Origin: an uncultured Methanosarcinales archaeon
Lineage (GTDB): Archaea > Nanobdellota > Nanobdellia > Woesearchaeales > CAZYIM01
Reading direction: 5' to 3'
DNA length: 20,346 nucleotides
Assembly: GCA_964647565.1 (NCBI GenBank)
Contig: CAZYIM010000041.1
Span: 1 to 20,346 of the forward strand
Shown here: positions 15,791-20,346 of the stretch, piece after piece
Layout: each line of letters starts with the position of its first letter
Numbering within the stretch: position 1 is the first letter of the stretch
Notes under the pieces: generated by a model
Database searches by the model: none
Told to the model about the DNA's origin: nothing
The model's input: only the letters and a program-made list of their open reading frames with translations
Made by a program: the position numbers and the translations under genes

Positions 15791-16300
15791 TCACCTTAAG
15801 TTATCTTGTGTACGTTCGATCATTTTGATCATACCATTCAGATTTTGATCGATTACCCTATTACTCAATTCATCCACTTTATTATTGTTATATCTGATAA
15901 ATCTATCTAAAAATTGCTTAACTGTGAAAGGGTCTGTAGGATTGAAGGTTTCATACATCAGAGAGTATCGTCTGTTCAAGACAAGTTCTCGTGGAAAAGG
16001 TAATAAAAGCGAAATCTCTCCTGTCGGCACTTCAAAAGTTGAAGTATAATATATATGTGTAAAACCTTCACCTCCATAATCAAAGTTTATCGACCCCGAA
16101 TTTAATGATATCAATTTCGAATTTGGTTCTGTAATGTGGGAACTTCTCCAGGTTGTATCAACAACTGCTGTTGCTTGTGATTGTTTTTCAGTTTGATAAT
16201 ATGGTTGTTCAGGTTCATCATTACCGCATGCAAGCCATCCTCCAACAGATCCTAGCAAAACCAAACTGGGTAATACAATTTTCTTTAATTTTTTGTTCAA
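15791..16300 (-). CDS. Array B lipoprotein paralog (~169 aa, TTG start)
   Basis: TTG 16300, after AGGTGA, gives (M)NKKL as in sibling genes. Lipobox WLAC; core STF...LLLPFP...RY...YE...NLNGM. Confidence 0.85.
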   Translation of the reverse strand: MNKKLKKIVLPSLVLLGSVGGWLACGNDEPEQPYYQTEKQSQATAVVDTTWRSSHITEPNSKLISLNSGSINFDYGGEGFTHIYYTSTFEVPTGEISLLLPFPRELVLNRRYSLMYETFNPTDPFTVKQFLDRFIRYNNNKVDELSNRVIDQNLNGMIKMIERTQDNLR

Positions 16301-16305
16301 TATAT

Positions 16306-16818
16306 TCACCTTAGATCAGTCTGAGATTGTCCAATTTGCCTTATCATACCATCAAGATTGCTGTCAATAGGCCGATCATTCAATGCTTCAACTATATAAG
16401 TTCTATACCTGATGAATCTATCTGTAAAATTCTTAACTGTAAAAGGTGCTGCAGGATTAAATGTTTCATATTTGACATCATATCTTCTGTTTAATATAAT
16501 CTCTTTTGGGAATGGCAATAAAAGGCTAAACTCTTTATTGGGCATCTTGAATGTTGCAGTGTAATATGTATGTGTAAATCCTTCATCACCATAAGCAAAA
16601 TTGATTGTGCCATGATTCAACGAAATCAGCTTAGCACCAGGTTCATTTATGGTCTCCTTCTGCCATAATGAGTCAGGCACGACACTAGAGTGGGATTCGG
16701 TTTCCACATATGGCTTTTCAGCAGGTGGTGGTTCATCTTCATCACATGCCATCATTACAGCTGCTGAGCCTGTTAAAAACAATCCTGTTAGTAAAAGACT
16801 TTTTAGTGTTTTTTTCAT
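16306..16818 (-). CDS. Array B lipoprotein paralog (170 aa)
   Basis: Lipobox MMAC; its core is closest to 15791..16300. Confidence 0.9.
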   Translation of the reverse strand: MKKTLKSLLLTGLFLTGSAAVMMACDEDEPPPAEKPYVETESHSSVVPDSLWQKETINEPGAKLISLNHGTINFAYGDEGFTHTYYTATFKMPNKEFSLLLPFPKEIILNRRYDVKYETFNPAAPFTVKNFTDRFIRYRTYIVEALNDRPIDSNLDGMIRQIGQSQTDLR

Positions 16819-16822
16819 TTTA

Positions 16823-17308
16823 TTACCTTAATGATTCATATGGAGTTATATCCAATAAGATACCGTCGAGATTCTTGTCTAACACAAAATTAGGTGCAAG
16901 CTCAGGATTGCCGCAATTCTTTTTCTTTAAGAAGCGGTTTGCAAAATCCTGCGCTGTGTATGGTTTGTTCTTGTCCAGGACTTCATATTCCAATCTATGC
17001 CTTGTGTTAGGCATAAGTTGTTTTGGGAACGGAATGACAAGATTGATGCTCTCGTTTGGAAGTTCGAATGTTGCCATCTGGAACTCATGTGTATGTGCTC
17101 CGCTTCCGTACGAGTAGTTGATATTTCCTGTGTTCAGATAGGTGAACTTGGCATTCTCAATCTTCTCAATGTTTAATTTTGCCGCTGCAGCTGCTGCAGC
17201 CTCTGCTTCTTTTCTTTTTTTCTCAGGACAATCGCATGCCATCCATACGCCGGCAGATCCTAGCAGGAATAGACCGGTTAATACAGTGTGTTGTAGTTTT
17301 TTGTTCAT
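16823..17308 (-). CDS. Array B lipoprotein paralog (161 aa)
   Basis: Lipobox WMAC, poly-Ala linker, HEFQMATFELPN and NLDGI. Confidence 0.9.
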   Translation of the reverse strand: MNKKLQHTVLTGLFLLGSAGVWMACDCPEKKRKEAEAAAAAAAKLNIEKIENAKFTYLNTGNINYSYGSGAHTHEFQMATFELPNESINLVIPFPKQLMPNTRHRLEYEVLDKNKPYTAQDFANRFLKKKNCGNPELAPNFVLDKNLDGILLDITPYESLR

Positions 17309-17580
17309 TTTTTACCTCAGTTCTTCATGTGCTTTATGAGTTTTCAAAATCCCGTCAAGAGAGGGATCTAATTCAAAATCAGGAAAGACTTCAGGAACAC
17401 TGACATCTTTATATCCTAAAAAACGAGAAGCAAATTCCTGTGCAGTGTATGCTTTTGCTGGATCGAGAGTCTCATATTCGATACTATATCTACGATTAGG
17501 CATTAGATGTCTGGAAAATGGAACAAGCAGATCAACTTCTCCATTAGGAAGTTCGAATGTTGCCATCTGGAACTCATGTG
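17058..17580. repeat. Exact 34-nt direct repeat (17058-17091 and 17547-17580)
   Basis: GGAAGTTCGAATGTTGCCATCTGGAACTCATGTG appears in two adjacent paralogs and encodes HEFQMATFELP. Confidence 0.9.
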
Positions 17581-17821
17581 AAGATCCCCGTCTGTAATGA
17601 CCATAATTAATTGTGCCAGTGTTCAAGTATAAAAATTTTGCATTATCTGCCTTTTCAACTTTACTGACAAACTTCATGGATACATATCCTAATGAGTCTG
17701 CTGCTGCAGCTTCTTGCCGCACAGGCTCTTCTTCAGGAGCTTTTGAGCATGCCATCCATGTTGCTGCAGAACCTGCAAGGAACAATGTTGGAATGATTAT
17801 ATTTCTTAGTATTTTGTTCAT
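17312..17821 (-). CDS. Array B lipoprotein paralog (~169 aa)
   Basis: Start moved to ATG 17821 (MNKILRNIIIPTLFLAGSAATWMAC); motifs QMATF, LLVP and SLDGI. Confidence 0.9.
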   Translation of the reverse strand: MNKILRNIIIPTLFLAGSAATWMACSKAPEEEPVRQEAAAADSLGYVSMKFVSKVEKADNAKFLYLNTGTINYGHYRRGSSHEFQMATFELPNGEVDLLVPFSRHLMPNRRYSIEYETLDPAKAYTAQEFASRFLGYKDVSVPEVFPDFELDPSLDGILKTHKAHEELR

Positions 17822-18414
17822 TTTTATCATCTTATTTTTTTTGTAAAACTTCCAGGTCAATGAGTATGCCATCAAGATTCTTATCAAATTCATAATTATC
17901 CTGGTCTACTGAGTAAGATTCCTTTACAAATCGTTTTAGATAATCTTCTGCAGTAAAAACCTGGTTTGATTGGAAAGGTTCGTAAATAACTTTGTATCTT
18001 TGGTTGGGAACCAAGACCTTGGGATGAGGTATTAAAAGCTCGATATTCTCTTCAGGCATTTGAAATGTTGCCATCTGATACATCTTGGATCTAGCACCTG
18101 AGTACCAACCATAACTCATGAGGCCATCATTATAATAAACAAGCTTCACATTTTCTAATGTTATATTCTCGATTTCTTCTACAGCTGTTGAGTCTTCAGG
18201 TATCGCGCTTTCAGTTGAAGTATTGTTTCTAACTTCATCTGAAGGATCTGGTATGCCTTTCTCGCATGCCATCCATGTTGCTGCTGAACCTGCTAGGAAC
18301 AATGTTGGAATGATTATGTTTCTAAGTTTTTTGTTCATTTTTATCGTCTTATTTTTTTTGTAAAATTTCCAGGTCCATGACTATGCCGTCCAGATTTTGA
18401 TCCAGTTCATAGTT
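17747..18414. repeat. ~151-nt imperfect junction repeat (17747-17897 and 18264-18414)
   Basis: Hand alignment gives about 16 mismatches and no gaps. It covers the upstream C-terminus, the intergenic spacer and the downstream signal peptide up to the lipobox Cys. Confidence 0.9.
17832..18338 (-). CDS. Array B lipoprotein paralog (168 aa)
   Basis: Lipobox WMAC; motifs YQMATF, LLIPHP and NLDGI. Confidence 0.9.
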   Translation of the reverse strand: MNKKLRNIIIPTLFLAGSAATWMACEKGIPDPSDEVRNNTSTESAIPEDSTAVEEIENITLENVKLVYYNDGLMSYGWYSGARSKMYQMATFQMPEENIELLIPHPKVLVPNQRYKVIYEPFQSNQVFTAEDYLKRFVKESYSVDQDNYEFDKNLDGILIDLEVLQKK

Positions 18415-18873
18415 TGGAATTGCTCTTAATTCTGAGAGTATAAACCTGTTTGCGAAATCTTGGGCAAGATAAGTGGACTTAGGATCTAATGGTTCATATT
18501 CCAGTTTATACCTTGTCTGGTGTGCCAGGTTTTTTGGATATGGAATCAACAAATCAATATGTCCCTTTGGTGTTTCAAAAGTGGCCATCTGATATGTATG
18601 ACTCAATCCTACATTGCCTGAATAAGAGATTATACTCGCAGTGGTATAGCTGATAAGTTTAACATTATCTAATTGGATATTCTTGTTTTTCTTAACAACT
18701 GCTGTATCATGTGGAACTATTGCTGAATCTTCTTGTGCAGTGCTTTCAGTTGTATAGATGTCAGAGGTCTCTTTTGCAGGATCCTCAGTGGCCTCGGCAC
18801 ATGCCAGCCATACAGCTGCTGAACTTACAACAAACAGACTTTGATATAATAGTCTTTTTAGTTTTTTGTTCAT
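18349..18873 (-). CDS. Array B lipoprotein paralog (174 aa)
   Basis: Lipobox WLAC; motifs YQMATF, LLIPYP and NLDGI. Confidence 0.9.
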   Translation of the reverse strand: MNKKLKRLLYQSLFVVSSAAVWLACAEATEDPAKETSDIYTTESTAQEDSAIVPHDTAVVKKNKNIQLDNVKLISYTTASIISYSGNVGLSHTYQMATFETPKGHIDLLIPYPKNLAHQTRYKLEYEPLDPKSTYLAQDFANRFILSELRAIPNYELDQNLDGIVMDLEILQKK

Positions 18874-18876
18874 TTT

Positions 18877-19368
18877 TTACCTCAGTTCTTTGATAGGTTT
18901 GATTTGATGTACAATGCCATCCAGGTTTCCAGATAGTCTATAATCAGGTAATGCTGAAATCTCTTTTTTAAAGAATCTTGCAAAGAATTTATGCGCGGTC
19001 AAACCGTGGATAACTGGCAAGGGTTCATATTTCAGTTCGTAAGATTTGTTAGGTACTAGAGACTCAGGAATCGGGATCAACAAATCCATCTCATTATTAG
19101 GAAACTTGAAAGTGGCCATCTGATATTGATGTGTTACGCCGATTTCATTAAAATAGCCACTGACAACGCCTGTACTGAAATACAGGAGTTTTGCACTAGG
19201 CACATCTACTAATTTAAGTCTTGATTCCCATTGAGCAGCCCTTGCTGAGTCTGCTGCCGCTCCCATCTTCCTGTTTTCTTCAGCAACGTCTTTTATTGTC
19301 TGGCAGCCTCCATACAATAATAGCGCTCCCGCAGTAATAAACGGCAGTGCATATTTTCTTAGTTTCAT
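18877..19368 (-). CDS. Array B lipoprotein paralog (163 aa)
   Basis: Lipobox YGGC; motifs YQMATF, LLIP and NLDGI. Confidence 0.9.
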   Translation of the reverse strand: MKLRKYALPFITAGALLLYGGCQTIKDVAEENRKMGAAADSARAAQWESRLKLVDVPSAKLLYFSTGVVSGYFNEIGVTHQYQMATFKFPNNEMDLLIPIPESLVPNKSYELKYEPLPVIHGLTAHKFFARFFKKEISALPDYRLSGNLDGIVHQIKPIKELR

Positions 19369-19946
19369 TTTAATTGTTTATATTCTTTAATGCTTGTAAG
19401 GACAGCATCCAGGTTTCTATCCAGTCTAATATTGTCCATAGTTGAATATGATTCGCTAACAAATGTATGTACGAATTTTTCAGCATTGAAGGCTACATCT
19501 TTGTTTATCATCTGGTATGAGATGTCATATTTGGTTTGCGTCATGAGAATCTTTGCTTGAGGTATCAAGACCTTGAGCTGTTCGGTCTGACTTATCTGGA
19601 AGGTTGCATATTGGATATGTCTTGAATCACTTCTGCTGTGCTTTGAATCGAATGAACCATATGATTTGCAAAAGTTCACATGACTGTCATTGTAACCTAA
19701 TAATTTAGCACCATAAGCTTGATTAACCTTTTCTTGAAGCAATGATCCCTCCATTGCTTTATCGCTTTTGCTTTTTACAGCTTCAGTCCATGTGTCTACA
19801 GGTTTTTCTGGCTCTGATTCTGTGCTCTCAACAGAGAAAATAGGCTCTGCTGGTTTTTCCTGCGACTTATTAATTAACATGGAACCTGCTAAACCTAGTA
19901 TGCTCAAAATTGCTGTTATTGTTAATACTTTTATTCTTCTTGCCAT
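19365..19946 (-). CDS. Array B paralog with N-terminal TM/signal but no lipobox Cys (~193 aa)
   Basis: N-terminus MARRIKVLTITAILSILGLAGSMLIN; core IQYATF, VLIP and NLDAV. Confidence 0.85.
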   Translation of the reverse strand: MARRIKVLTITAILSILGLAGSMLINKSQEKPAEPIFSVESTESEPEKPVDTWTEAVKSKSDKAMEGSLLQEKVNQAYGAKLLGYNDSHVNFCKSYGSFDSKHSRSDSRHIQYATFQISQTEQLKVLIPQAKILMTQTKYDISYQMINKDVAFNAEKFVHTFVSESYSTMDNIRLDRNLDAVLTSIKEYKQLK

Positions 19947-19951
19947 TTTTA

Positions 19952-20346
19952 TCACATTATTGGTTTTATATTATCGATTATGCCGACGAGTTTATTGCTT
20001 AGCTCATAATTGTCTAGAGTGTCAAAGGATCGGTCGACATAGACACGAACAAATTTTTCGACTGTAAGCTTAGAGTTAGGCAATAATTTCCTGTAATCTA
20101 ACTCGTAGATTGAGTTAGGTACAAGTGGCTCTGCCTTGGGTATCAAAAGCGAGACTTTTTCCTTGCCGATTAGGAAAGTTGGCATCTGGTAATGTCTGAA
20201 TGGGCTGAAACTGTATGTTGCATCTTCACCTTCTTCATGTGCAAATGTGTAGCGAGCGTTTCCATCTGTTACACTAAGCTGTTTTGCTCTTGGAATTTTA
20301 AGATGTTCATCAATGGCTATAGTGCTGTTACTTGCTTTTCCCTTTT
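19952..20346 (-). CDS. Array B paralog (partial, start beyond right edge)
   Basis: The frame is open from the edge: KGKASNSTIAIDEHLKIPRAKQLSVTDG...HYQMPTF...LLIP...LVGI. The track's 77-aa call is truncated. Confidence 0.85.
   Translation of the reverse strand, partial: KGKASNSTIAIDEHLKIPRAKQLSVTDGNARYTFAHEEGEDATYSFSPFRHYQMPTFLIGKEKVSLLIPKAEPLVPNSIYELDYRKLLPNSKLTVEKFVRVYVDRSFDTLDNYELSNKLVGIIDNIKPIM

Larger units (their letters stand above)
17294..18890. repeat. Exact 32-nt gene-junction repeat (17294-17325 and 18859-18890)
   Basis: TAGTTTTTTGTTCATTTTTTACCTCAGTTCTT spans ELR-stop, the RBS and MNKKL. Confidence 0.9.

Noticed and set aside
17177..17210. GCN repeat as a contingency locus
   Set aside because: Mixed Ala codons encode a poly-Ala linker; it is not a pure microsatellite.
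17747..18414. DGR template/variable repeat pair (many mismatches are at plus-strand A)
   Set aside because: On the coding strand these are mostly T at synonymous positions, several mismatches are not at A, both copies are coding junctions, and no reverse transcriptase is visible in the window.
17058..18890. CRISPR array suggested by the 32-34 nt exact repeats
   Set aside because: Each repeat has only two copies, 0.5-1.6 kb apart and inside coding sequence. There are no spacers and no cas genes.
15145..20067. Plus-strand ORFs over array B
   Set aside because: They are antisense shadows of the lipoprotein genes.

Overview
This is an AT-rich archaeal window, most likely DPANN (Woesearchaeota-like, by inference). 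It has an archaeal-type GluRS, TATA/BRE promoters, AGGTGA-type ribosome-binding sites and a 58-aa histone missed by the ORF track. A small housekeeping core (gltX, histone, Dus, a SAM methyltransferase) sits between two tandem paralog arrays that both run off the window edges. Array A (<1-4459, minus) has at least 6 translationally coupled ~240-250 aa proteins of an unrecognised family with no signal peptide. Array B (14490->20346, minus) has at least 9 small paralogs, mostly predicted lipoproteins, plus a 431-aa lipoprotein with three OB-fold-like repeats. Array B also shows junction-spanning DNA repeats, mosaic relationships, FCB/Bacteroidota-like lipoboxes and D-S/T-X linker motifs. A compositionally distinct minus-strand block (11281-13064) encodes a Zn-hydrolase and two unknowns. 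That block is led by a leaderless 26-aa uORF with an A8 slippery run and two mutually exclusive hairpins that expose or hide the hydrolase Shine-Dalgarno, a candidate undescribed translational attenuator or frameshift switch. All family assignments come from motifs read by eye; no searches were run.
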